A stretch of DNA of 64,000 bases, taken from Nitrospirota bacterium (GTDB lineage: Bacteria > Nitrospirota > UBA9217). The position numbers were made by a program, and so were the translations under genes. How positions within the stretch are numbered: position 1 is the first letter of the stretch; the number at the start of each line of letters is the position of its first letter. This document shows positions 1 through 8,582 of the stretch, piece by piece. The DNA lies in contig CAVVUN010000015.1 in NCBI GenBank assembly GCA_963751455.1, positions 1,120,001 through 1,184,000 on the forward strand. The letters are read 5' to 3'. The notes beneath the pieces were generated by a model that saw nothing but the letters and a program-made list of their open reading frames with translations, did no database searches and had not been told where the DNA came from.

Positions 1-213
1 AAGATCAGGGAGAAAGGAAGCGACGTCCCCGTCATCCTTCTTACCGCCGATGCCGGGATGACCGAAGCTTCCCCCGCGCTTGAAACAGGAGCGAGCGCTT
101 ACCTGGTCAAGGACGAGAACATGCAGGACGTCGTTATCCTCTCGGTTAAAAAGGTTCTCGAAAAGCAGTCAGCAAAAAAGCGGAATATTCAGGTTACGAG
201 AGCTTCGCATTGA
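1..213 (+). CDS. C-terminal part of a response-regulator receiver-domain protein (5'-truncated by window edge)
   Basis: Frame +1 reads KIREKGSDVPVILLTADAGMTEASPALETGASAYLVKD...ASH*, typical REC beta4-alpha4-beta5 (PVILLT...GAxxYLxK). Confidence 0.7.
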   Translation, partial: KIREKGSDVPVILLTADAGMTEASPALETGASAYLVKDENMQDVVILSVKKVLEKQSAKKRNIQVTRASH

Positions 214-260
214 AGCAGGAGAAATTCATATGTTTTTGCTGAGAACTGTAAAGGAGGTTC

Positions 261-1934
261 ATGGCACAGTCCAATGAATCGGTCCGGGGCAAGCTGAAGG
301 AGCTTAGGGCCGCTTTTAGCGAACAACTGCCCAAAAGGATCCGGCAGATCGAGGACGCATGGGCCGCCCTCCTTCGGGACGGATGGGACCCTGAGAGGGC
401 GGAGAACCTTGCGAGGCTGCTCCACACGCTGGCCGGCACTGCAGGAACGTTCGGCTTCTCTGCCGCCCGCGGCGCTGCGCGCAATATGGAAGCGCAACTG
501 AAGTCGATCATCAAAAGCGGTGCGGTCCCGGACAAGGAAACCATGCCTTCGATCGGGGATCATCTGACTGCGCTCAAGGCGGGCACGAGTGAAAGCGGAA
601 AAAGGGAGTTTATCGAACCCGTGTGGACCGCGTCCGCAAAGCCGGAGACTCTCATACCGCAGGCCGCGGCGAGGCCGCTCAAGAACACCGTTTTTTTCTT
701 TGCCGACGATCCGTTATCGATAGAATCACTTGTGCTTCAAATCCGTTATTACGGTTACGAGGCGGTCACGTTCGGCACTCTTGACGGACTGAGCGATTCC
801 CTGAAGACCCTGGCGCCGCTTCTCGTCATCATGGACCTGTCCGAAGGCGGCATCCCCTGCATACAGGAGGTCGCCCGGATACAGCAGAACCGCACGCCGC
901 GGATTCCCGTAATCTTTTTTTCTACGCGGGCCGGTTTCGACTCCAGGCTCGAGGCGGTCCGCTCAGGCGGTGACGCGTATTTTACAAAACCGGTCGATAT
1001 CGGGAAACTGGTTGACATGCTCGATGTTCTCTCTCAACGCAGGCCCCTCGATCCGTACCGGATACTCATCATAGACGATGACCCCCTGCTGGCCGACTAC
1101 CACGCCACGGTATTGCGCCAGGCGGGCATGTCGACCGGCGTGGTTACCGATCCCGTCCGTGCCCTTCAATCCATGGCAGATTTCAGGCCGGAGTTGATCC
1201 TGATGGACGTGTATATGCCCGGGTGCAGCGGTATCGAACTCGCGAAAGTCATCCGGCAGGATGAAACCTATATCGATATTCCGATCGTATTTCTTTCATC
1301 GGAGACGGACATCAAAAGACAGCTTCAGGCCATGAGCCGGGGTGCGGACGATTTTCTCACGAAACCGATACAGCCGGAGCACCTTGTGACGTCGATTACG
1401 CTGCGCGCCGACCGCCACCGGGCGCTCCGCTCATTCATGTTGTACGACGGGTTGACGGGCTTGCTCAACCATACCAGGACGAAGGAACAACTCGATATCG
1501 AGATCGCGCGGCTTTTGAGGCAGAATTATTCGGCGCTTACCTTTGCGCTTATCGACATCGATCATTTCAAAACGGTCAACGACACCTACGGCCATCCCGT
1601 AGGCGACCAGGTGATTAAAAGCCTGTCACGCCTGCTTCGCCAGCGGCTGAGGACCACCGATACGGTCGGCCGCTACGGCGGCGAAGAGTTTGCCATCATT
1701 CTAGCCGACACCGATGCCCAGAATGCGATAAGGATATTAAACGAATTGCGCGAAGACTTCGGCAAAATAAGGCATAAAAGCGAATTGGAAGCTTTTTCTG
1801 CAACCTTCAGCTGCGGAGCAGCGGTCTATGCTCCCGGGATCTCGGGATCGAGGCTTATCGATGCGGCGGACAAGGCGCTGTATGAGGCTAAGCGATCGGG
1901 CAGGAACAGGGTGGTTATGGGTTCGGACGTGTAG
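261..1934 (+). CDS. Diguanylate cyclase, Hpt-REC-REC-GGDEF
   Basis: Hpt motif LHTLAGTAGTFG; two receiver domains (IIDDD...LMDVYMP...FLTKP); DIDHFK..NDTYGH..GD and RYGGEEF, with RTTD I-site. Confidence 0.92.
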   Translation: MAQSNESVRGKLKELRAAFSEQLPKRIRQIEDAWAALLRDGWDPERAENLARLLHTLAGTAGTFGFSAARGAARNMEAQLKSIIKSGAVPDKETMPSIGDHLTALKAGTSESGKREFIEPVWTASAKPETLIPQAAARPLKNTVFFFADDPLSIESLVLQIRYYGYEAVTFGTLDGLSDSLKTLAPLLVIMDLSEGGIPCIQEVARIQQNRTPRIPVIFFSTRAGFDSRLEAVRSGGDAYFTKPVDIGKLVDMLDVLSQRRPLDPYRILIIDDDPLLADYHATVLRQAGMSTGVVTDPVRALQSMADFRPELILMDVYMPGCSGIELAKVIRQDETYIDIPIVFLSSETDIKRQLQAMSRGADDFLTKPIQPEHLVTSITLRADRHRALRSFMLYDGLTGLLNHTRTKEQLDIEIARLLRQNYSALTFALIDIDHFKTVNDTYGHPVGDQVIKSLSRLLRQRLRTTDTVGRYGGEEFAIILADTDAQNAIRILNELREDFGKIRHKSELEAFSATFSCGAAVYAPGISGSRLIDAADKALYEAKRSGRNRVVMGSDV

Positions 1935-2069
1935 GGCAAGCAGCGCGGATGCAAAAGACGTTGTCTAAAGACTATTGAAAATTGCAAAGTGTAAATGTAA
2001 TTGCCACGGCTGACACTGATGGCCACGAATTAAAGAAAACAGCGCAGGAATCGGATGGTATCATCCGTC

Positions 2070-2365
2070 TAAAAAAATCTTGAACTTCATGCCAGGAAGG
2101 TCAGCCTGTATTCGCGCTATGCACTGCTTAGACTCATTGTCGTACCATCTCGCTTAGAAGCGCGTGATGGGAATCAAGGACCTCATAATCACTGGCCGCA
2201 GGCGAGATCCTTTTCTTTTTTCTGCACCGCCACTCGCATCACCGCGCAAACATGACATGAATCAATATCGAATATCTAAAATAGAAATACTAAATAATTT
2301 GGAAATTAAATTTTAGATATTAGGATTTGCTTCCAATGGGATGCAGGGGGTTCTGGAAAAGCAAA
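2070..2365. repeat. Copy of long modular dispersed repeat (inverted relative to 54400-55260 in its first part)
   Basis: gcctgtattcgcgctatgcactgcttagactcattgtcgtaccatctcgct...cactggccgcaggc is the reverse complement of blocks at ~54455-54560 and ~55105-55210; ends with gggatgcagggggttctggaaaa. Confidence 0.8.
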
Positions 2366-2416
2366 ATCATTTGCTTTAGGTTCTCCACTCCGCAATCCGC
2401 AATGGATAGATCTGAC

Positions 2417-3547
2417 CTATCTCAGGCTCTTCCAAAATTGTTTATGGATTGAAGTAATCGTCCTGATTACCTGATCTGCCGCGGGCGAGGGCTGCTGCTC
2501 CGCGGGCGGAGGCTGTTTCCCCACCAGACTACTGAGCACCGACCGTACGCCGTCCCTCAAGCCCTGCGGATTGTAGCCCCCTTCAAGCGTAATCAAAATA
2601 TTGCCGCAGGTCTCGCTGGCGATTTCCCGGATGATCGCGGCCAGTGCTCCGAACCCCTCGCCTGTTACATCCATCCCGCCCAGAGGGTCTTCTCTATACG
2701 GATCAAAGCCGGCGGACACGACAATGAGCTCCGGATGGTATTCAAGCGCGATCGTTTTTAGTATCCGGTCGTAGACCCGTATGTACTCGGCGTTGCCGAA
2801 CCCGGCGGGGAAGGGGGCATTGACGGTAAAGCCTTCGCCGGGCCCGCTCCCTGTTTCGTTGAAATTACCGGACCCCGGGTAATACGGGTACTGATGAGAA
2901 GAGAAAAAGAGGACGCCCGGGTCATCATAAAACGCTCGCTGGGTCCCGTTGCCGTGGTGAAGATCCCAGTCGGCGATCAGTATCTTTTTGAGTCCGAACT
3001 TCTTCCTGGCATATTGCGCGGCAACCGCTGCATTGTTAAAAAGACAGAATCCCATGCCCCTCCGGGGTTCTGCATGATGGCCTGGCGGACGGACAAAGGC
3101 GAATATAGATTTCGGATTTCGGATTGCACCCTGCACTCGCGCGGGCACTCGTAATCGCGCCCTGTACTCGCGCTGCCCACTCGTGGCACTGGGTGCAGGC
3201 TGGGCGCAGGCGGATTGCGGATTTGTGAGTAATGAGTCGACGGCTTCCAGGAGACCCCCGGCGGCCAGGCGGGCAACTTCATATGAGCGGGCCGAAAGGC
3301 CTGTGTCGGGATCGAACTGCGAATGGAGCTTGCCTTCGGTGCTCGCTACCATTTTTATATAGCCGATATCATGAACGAGGGCGAGTTCTTCCTCGGTTGC
3401 GAGACGCGGCAGTATCAACGGCAGGCCCGGAAACTCCTTATCAAGGAGATCATGGATCACCCGGAGCCGGTTCGGGCTTTCGGGGTGCCCTTCACCGGCT
3501 TTGTGTTCCAGATACCGGTCGTCTCTGATGATTGCCAGAGGGGACAT
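2417..3547 (-). CDS. Histone deacetylase family (Zn-dependent amidohydrolase) with an in-frame repeat insertion
   Basis: HPESPNR, RPPGHHA, GFCLFNN, DWDLHHGNGTQ, SAGFD, LEGGY motifs; start taken at MSPLAII (3547) because the upstream ORF extension translates a heptamer repeat. Confidence 0.92.
   Translation of the reverse strand: MSPLAIIRDDRYLEHKAGEGHPESPNRLRVIHDLLDKEFPGLPLILPRLATEEELALVHDIGYIKMVASTEGKLHSQFDPDTGLSARSYEVARLAAGGLLEAVDSLLTNPQSACAQPAPSATSGQREYRARLRVPARVQGAIRNPKSIFAFVRPPGHHAEPRRGMGFCLFNNAAVAAQYARKKFGLKKILIADWDLHHGNGTQRAFYDDPGVLFFSSHQYPYYPGSGNFNETGSGPGEGFTVNAPFPAGFGNAEYIRVYDRILKTIALEYHPELIVVSAGFDPYREDPLGGMDVTGEGFGALAAIIREIASETCGNILITLEGGYNPQGLRDGVRSVLSSLVGKQPPPAEQQPSPAADQVIRTITSIHKQFWKSLR
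3127..3210. mobile_element. Two nested 42-bp elements inside the HDAC CDS
   Basis: Outer caccctgcactcgcgcgggcactcgtaatcg...ctgggcgcagg (31+11 nt) interrupted by inner cgccctgtactcgcgctgcccactcgtggcactgggtgcagg (3158-3199). Confidence 0.8.
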
Positions 3548-3568
3548 AGCTTTACCCGTAATTCGTTT

Positions 3569-3670
3569 TATTGAAAATTGAAAAATGCAAGTTGCAAAGT
3601 GTAATTGAACGACCCCCAAAACCTGTTCTCAAATTTGCATTTTGCACTTTGCACTTTGAAATTTGACTTG
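3569..3670. repeat. Heptamer-periodic imperfect palindrome (ttgaaaa/ttgcaaa ... tttgcac/tttgcat)
   Basis: Inverted arrays of ~7-nt units; related arms at ~1975, ~42740, ~54845, ~55525. Confidence 0.7.
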
Positions 3671-3672
3671 AT

Positions 3673-4203
3673 TCACCCCTGGTCTTCTCTTCCGGCGATA
3701 ATCTGCGGTGCCGTCTGCTTGTAATTCTCAACGCTCAACGATTCCAGAAATTTCTGCATCTCCGGCGGGTTCGGGAGCCTGGCCGGCAACTTCGCATCCG
3801 GGGCACAGACTGCCAAGACCGTTTTAACCAGGTCCATAACGCTGAACTCGAGGATGTCCTGTATTGTTTTAGAGGAAGCTTGTTCTATCAACAGCGTATT
3901 TTCGCGGTACCAGCCGTCGCCGCGCGGCGTCATCGGTGCGCAGGGAATATGCTCGGCGTTTTTTGTCCGGAGACCCCTCTTCAGCGCGAACCCCGATACG
4001 TCGGAGCGCAGCAGCTGGAGGCCCTTGAACGCAGGGTTTGAGCAGATGCCTGCTTTTCCCCAGCAGAGGGGATCGAACCGGGAAATGTTGATGCCGCAGC
4101 AGAAGGTATAGGCATCCGGCCCATGATCGGGCGCCTGCCGGATCACGATGTACAGGTACTCATTTTTATACTCATAGGAGCGTAACGGGCGTTTATTATT
4201 CAT
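3673..4203 (-). CDS. Hypothetical protein
   Basis: 176-aa ORF with AAGGA SD, co-oriented with neighbours; no motif recognised. Confidence 0.6.
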   Translation of the reverse strand: MNNKRPLRSYEYKNEYLYIVIRQAPDHGPDAYTFCCGINISRFDPLCWGKAGICSNPAFKGLQLLRSDVSGFALKRGLRTKNAEHIPCAPMTPRGDGWYRENTLLIEQASSKTIQDILEFSVMDLVKTVLAVCAPDAKLPARLPNPPEMQKFLESLSVENYKQTAPQIIAGREDQG

Positions 4204-4303
4204 GATTTATTCCTTTATAGATTAAGAAGCCGGGAAGGATTAAAGCGCAAGGGGCACTGAGAAAAGGATCTGCCCCCGGTCTCACGCCTTCCGTGTTTCA
4301 GTG

Positions 4304-4651
4304 TTATCTGCTCCTGGTCTTGGAAGATTTTTTCGCAGTGCTTTTCGCGGGGCTTTTCGTCGGGGTCTTCTTTTTGGGGGCGGGCTTGGCTTTAGCCCTG
4401 GCTTCGAACTGCTGAACCTTTTTCTTGAGCGTATCGTTTTCCACGTTCAGGTCCTTGACCATTTGCTCCAGCTTTGCGTTATCCTGGCTGATTGATTCAA
4501 GCTGCTGCCTGACTGCGTCCCGCTCGGAGCGTGCCTTGCTCGCGGACGCGAAGCTCCATATAAGGAGTATGAGCACCACTGCCGCCAGAGATAAAAATAT
4601 CAGCTTTGCCTTCTGTGCATCGTCTTTTTCGTTCCGCTCTGTCCTCTCCAT
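4304..4651 (-). CDS. Single-TM coiled-coil protein with Lys/Ala-rich tail
   Basis: AAGGAGG SD; hydrophobic LIFLSLAAVVLILLIWSFA, heptad segment, basic C-terminus. Confidence 0.7.
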   Translation of the reverse strand: MERTERNEKDDAQKAKLIFLSLAAVVLILLIWSFASASKARSERDAVRQQLESISQDNAKLEQMVKDLNVENDTLKKKVQQFEARAKAKPAPKKKTPTKSPAKSTAKKSSKTRSR

Positions 4652-4675
4652 CGTGATCTGTACGACCTCCTTGCA

Positions 4676-5203
4676 TTAATGTTTTAATGTTGTTTCGCTG
4701 TAGCGTTTCACTTCAAACCGGTACATGACCAGAGGGGACCCCTCCGGGATGCCGGCTTTCTGCATTGCAATTCCAATCTGGGAATCCACCGAGTCCACAC
4801 CCTCGAGGTCGGGCAGGAGAAGGCCCCGCTTTGAGCCCGACTGGACAATCAAGCCGTAGCGCTGCGGATCGAGGTCTCTTTTGTCCCGGACCGGCTCGGG
4901 AGCCGTCAGCAGGTCTACGGTATATTGGATCGTCCCGAGTTCTTCCGGACGCACGCAGGCGAAACGAGGATCGCAGGTCGCTGCGCTGATCGCGTTTCGC
5001 ACTGTCTCATGCGCTATTGTCGCTTCCTGGGGCTGAAAAGAACCGATGCAGCCCCGGAGAATGCCGTTTATCTTGAGGCAGATGAAGACGCCCGCGCGTT
5101 CCCGCAGCTGCGGCGTCAGCTCCTGTTCCCGGATTTCCCGAATCTTGCCTTCCCTGACGTACAGTTCGACCGTCTCTTTTGCCAATTGTACAAGGGGATG
5201 CAT
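4676..5203 (-). CDS. amrA: AmmeMemoRadiSam system protein A (AMMECR1 domain)
   Basis: LRGCIG, A..DPRF, GLLLPDLEGV motifs. Confidence 0.9.
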   Translation of the reverse strand: MHPLVQLAKETVELYVREGKIREIREQELTPQLRERAGVFICLKINGILRGCIGSFQPQEATIAHETVRNAISAATCDPRFACVRPEELGTIQYTVDLLTAPEPVRDKRDLDPQRYGLIVQSGSKRGLLLPDLEGVDSVDSQIGIAMQKAGIPEGSPLVMYRFEVKRYSETTLKH

Positions 5204-6189
5204 TACATCTCCCGCCGCACCACGTAGTCAGCGAGTGCCATAAGAGCCTGACGCGGCGGCGAATCAGGAAAAATCGAGAGGCTCGCCTTGGCTTCTTCGG
5301 AAAATATCCTTGCAACCTGGAGCGCGTCGTCAACCGCGCCGTATCGTTGCATCATCTGGAGAGTGGAGGAAAGGTCGTCGTCTGAAAGGACGTTGCTTTG
5401 AAGCATGTTTCTGAGCTGCTGCTGTTCATCGGCGTCCGCCTTCCGAAAGAGGTAAATCAGGGGAAGGGTGACCTTACCCTCGGCCAGGTCCTTGCCGAGC
5501 ACCTTGCCGAGTCGTTTCTGGTCTGCGGCATAATCGAGGGTATCGTCGGTTATCTGGAATGCGAAGCCCATTTTTTTTCCGTATGCCGTCAGCGCGTCTT
5601 CCTGTGAAACCGGGGCCTTGCCGATGATCGCGCCCAGTCTGCAGGAAGCCGAAATGAGGACCCCGGTTTTGCAATCGACCAGGCGGAAGTAGTCCGGTTC
5701 CGTTATGTCGGCGTTCTGGATCTGCATGAGCTGCAGGACTTCGCCTTCTGACATGGTGGTAGTCGTTTCGGAAAGAACGTCCATGACCCGCTGGTTCTCA
5801 AGCCGCACGGCATGGTAGAGCGCCTTGGAGTACAGATAATCGCCGACCAGGATGCTCGCCTGGTTGCCCCAGAGGGAATTTGCGGAGGTTTTGCCGCGGC
5901 GGACTTTGGCCTCGTCGATAACATCGTCATGCAGGAGGGACGCGGTATGGATGAACTCCACGACGGCGCCGAGGGTGTACTCGGCGTCATGATCGCGGCA
6001 TCCGCAGAGGCGGGAGGACAACAGGTGAAGCATCGGGCGGAACCGCTTGCCGCCCGCGCCGAGGATATATTTGCTCACTTGACGGATGAGCTCGACCTCG
6101 GTTCCGAGGCTTTCATGGATGCGGTGCTCCATGCGCTCCATGTCGGACTTGAATTCCCTGAGGACGTCTTGAAGGGTGGTTATCATCAC
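5203..6189 (-). CDS. ispB: Polyprenyl (octaprenyl-type) diphosphate synthase
   Basis: GGKRFRP, EFIHTASLLHDDVID..RRG, FQITDDTLD, GKDLAEGKVTLP. Confidence 0.88.
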   Translation of the reverse strand: MMITTLQDVLREFKSDMERMEHRIHESLGTEVELIRQVSKYILGAGGKRFRPMLHLLSSRLCGCRDHDAEYTLGAVVEFIHTASLLHDDVIDEAKVRRGKTSANSLWGNQASILVGDYLYSKALYHAVRLENQRVMDVLSETTTTMSEGEVLQLMQIQNADITEPDYFRLVDCKTGVLISASCRLGAIIGKAPVSQEDALTAYGKKMGFAFQITDDTLDYAADQKRLGKVLGKDLAEGKVTLPLIYLFRKADADEQQQLRNMLQSNVLSDDDLSSTLQMMQRYGAVDDALQVARIFSEEAKASLSIFPDSPPRQALMALADYVVRREM

Positions 6190-6291
6190 GCTATTCTCAG
6201 CTTTTCATTCAGGATAATAGGGGAGACGTCCTGCATTGTCAAGCCGTTTTTCAAATCATGACACGAGGAGATTTTCCGCAAGATAATGAAT

Positions 6292-6424
6292 GATGATCTC
6301 GTAAAAAGTCGTCTCCCCGGTGAAAACCGGGGTCCAGTGGTTATCGAACTTATTGAAAAGACTGGATACCGGCGTTCGCCGGTATGACGAAATTGGGTGT
6401 TTTCTGACTTCTTACGAATGCATC
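6292..6424. mobile_element. 133-bp MITE with internal REP-like doublet and 7-bp target duplication
   Basis: Imperfect TIRs gatgatctcgtaaaaagtc / gacttcttacgaatgcatc; flanked by aatgaat (6285-6291, 6425-6431); inner gtctccccggtgaaaaccggggtccag...ctggataccggcgttcgccggtatgac. Confidence 0.8.
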
Positions 6425-6525
6425 AATGAATGCTGTCAAATTTTTTTTAATGTGATACTTTTAAATGAATAAATAGGCAACTCGGGAGGGGAAGGGGCTT
6501 TTTCTCAAGTCCGAAGCTCTGAATT

Positions 6526-7509
6526 CTAAAGTTTCATCGCTTCATTCACTTCGGCCAGCGTTCCGGCCGCCACTGTGCGTGCCCTTCTCGAACCCTCCTG
6601 CATGATTTCGTTCACTTTTTCGGGTCTTGCGGAAAATTCAGCGCGACGTTCCTGAATCGGCTTGAGATAGGCGAGGAGATGCTTCAGCAGCTCTTTTTTA
6701 TCATCAACGCATCCTATACCCGCGCGCCGGCATTCCACGTTCACATAGTCGCACCATTCCTTCGGAGCGAAGATCCTGTCGAGCGCGAACAGCGGGCAGA
6801 TATCCGGATTGCCGGGATCCTGCCGCCGGACCCTGGCCGGGTCGGTCACCATCTGCATTACCTTTTTCGTGATTTCTTCAGGGGTGTCCGAGAGGTTGAT
6901 GGTATTGTTATAGCTCTTGCTCATTTTGCGGCCGTCGGTACCCGGAAGTTTAGGGTACTCAGTCATGAGCGGTTGCGGTTCAGGAAAGACCTCGCCGTAG
7001 AACTGGTTGAACCTGCGGCAGATCTCGCGGGTAAGTTCCAGATGAGGAAGCTGGTCTATGCCGACGGGAACGAAGTTCGCCTTGTAGATGAGGATGTCGG
7101 CCGCCTGGAGCACAGGGTAGCCCAGGAATCCATAGGTATTCATGTCCTTATCCTGGAGCTGGTCGATCTTCTCCTTGTAGGTCGGCACGCGTTCGAGCCA
7201 GGGCAGGGGCGTGGCCATGGACAAGAGAACATGGAGCACTGCATGCTCGGGCACAAGCGACTGGCGGAAGATGACGCATTTTTCCGGGTCGAGACCGGCG
7301 GCGAGCCAATCGATCACCATTTCATGGACGTAGGTCCTGATCCTCGATGTGTCGGCATAGTTCGTGGTCAGCGCATGCCAGTCCGCAATGAAATAGTGGC
7401 ACTCGTACTGGTCCTGGAGCTTCCTCCAGTTATCCAGCGCGCCCATGAGGTTTCCGAGGTGCAACAGCCCGCTCGGCTGCATTCCGCTTAACACACGCTT
7501 TTTTGACAT
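6526..7509 (-). CDS. trpS: Tryptophan--tRNA ligase
   Basis: SGMQPSG.LHLGN (HIGH-like), YPVLQAADIL, VPVGIDQ, KMSKS. Confidence 0.97.
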   Translation of the reverse strand: MSKKRVLSGMQPSGLLHLGNLMGALDNWRKLQDQYECHYFIADWHALTTNYADTSRIRTYVHEMVIDWLAAGLDPEKCVIFRQSLVPEHAVLHVLLSMATPLPWLERVPTYKEKIDQLQDKDMNTYGFLGYPVLQAADILIYKANFVPVGIDQLPHLELTREICRRFNQFYGEVFPEPQPLMTEYPKLPGTDGRKMSKSYNNTINLSDTPEEITKKVMQMVTDPARVRRQDPGNPDICPLFALDRIFAPKEWCDYVNVECRRAGIGCVDDKKELLKHLLAYLKPIQERRAEFSARPEKVNEIMQEGSRRARTVAAGTLAEVNEAMKL

Positions 7510-7572
7510 GGTGGTATCCTTTTTAGGAATAAGTTCCAAATAGCAGATGCCGAATCACAGAAGCTTAAAATT

Positions 7573-7748
7573 TACCGCGAAGGCGCAAGGGACGCAAAGG
7601 AAATTATTAATTTTCTTGTTCTTAAACCCGGAAGAAAAAGCCTTCCTCGCGACCTTTGTCTTGCGCCCAGCGTTTACGAGTGCCAAGCGCGAGTGCAGGG
7701 TACGCCCTCGCGGTTCAAGCTTTGGTTCCGGCTTGTCCGGGTCAGGGT
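7573..7748. repeat. Composite intergenic repeat: nonamer palindrome carrying a 42-bp-family element (~7660-7704), followed by an IS-end-like segment
   Basis: accgcgaaggcgcaagggacgcaaag ... cctttg[...cccagcgtttacgagtgccaagcgcgagtgcaggg...]ccctcgcggtt, then tttggttccggcttgtccgggtcaggg. Confidence 0.6.
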
Positions 7749-7762
7749 TGTACAGGTTCACT

Positions 7763-8441
7763 CTAAAAAATATTTGCGCCCAGCAGCCAGAACAGCAGCG
7801 GCCCTATGATGGGGCTGATCATCCGGCCGAGTATGCCGAAACCGAAGAGAGCGAGGATGATCAGCATGCCGTATCGCTCGAGCCGGTAATACGCGGCCCC
7901 CTGTTTATCCGGAAGAAGCCAGTATACGATCCTGCTGCCGTCCAGCGGCGGGATCGGTATCAGGTTGAGCACAGCGAGTATGACATTGATGATTACTCCG
8001 TAGCCGAACATGAGCGAGACCGGATGGAAAAACCGCGAAGAGGCGGATGCGGGAGCAATTGCTTCAAGCGCCGGCATGACTCCCCGGAGCAGAAACGCGA
8101 ACAGGACCGCCATGACCATATTCGTTGCCGGGCCGGCGATGGATGACAGGGCCATGCCTTTTTTCGGATTCCTGAAATTATACGGATTGATCGGCACGGG
8201 CTTTGCGGACCCGAACACCATCTGCCCGTTGGTGACTACAAAAAGCAGCAAGCGGCATGATGATCGTTCCGAAAAGGTCTATGTGCGGAATCGGGTTCAG
8301 GGTAAGCCGTCCCATGTCGCGCGCCGTGTGGTCCCCAAGCTTGTCCGCGACCCAGCCGTGGGCGACCTCATGCAGCACGATGGCGAATACCAGCGGCAGG
8401 GCCATCACCGATATTTTTTGTACGATATTCAGTTCTTCCAT
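7763..8441 (-). CDS. Site-2 protease (peptidase M50), split by one frameshift near 8250
   Basis: HEVAHG in 8178..8441 frame; AKPVPINP, AGP, NLIPIPPLDG in 7763..8251 frame. Confidence 0.88.
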
Positions 8442-8582
8442 GGTCTACGGAGGTTCCGAGGATGCGGTTAATGCCGGATAAGTACGATAGCAACAGAAAA
8501 AGACGCGAACCCATGCGTCATTTTCGTAACTGTGGATAGTAAGGGAATATACCGGGCATTGTCAAGAAAAAACGGGGAAGGT

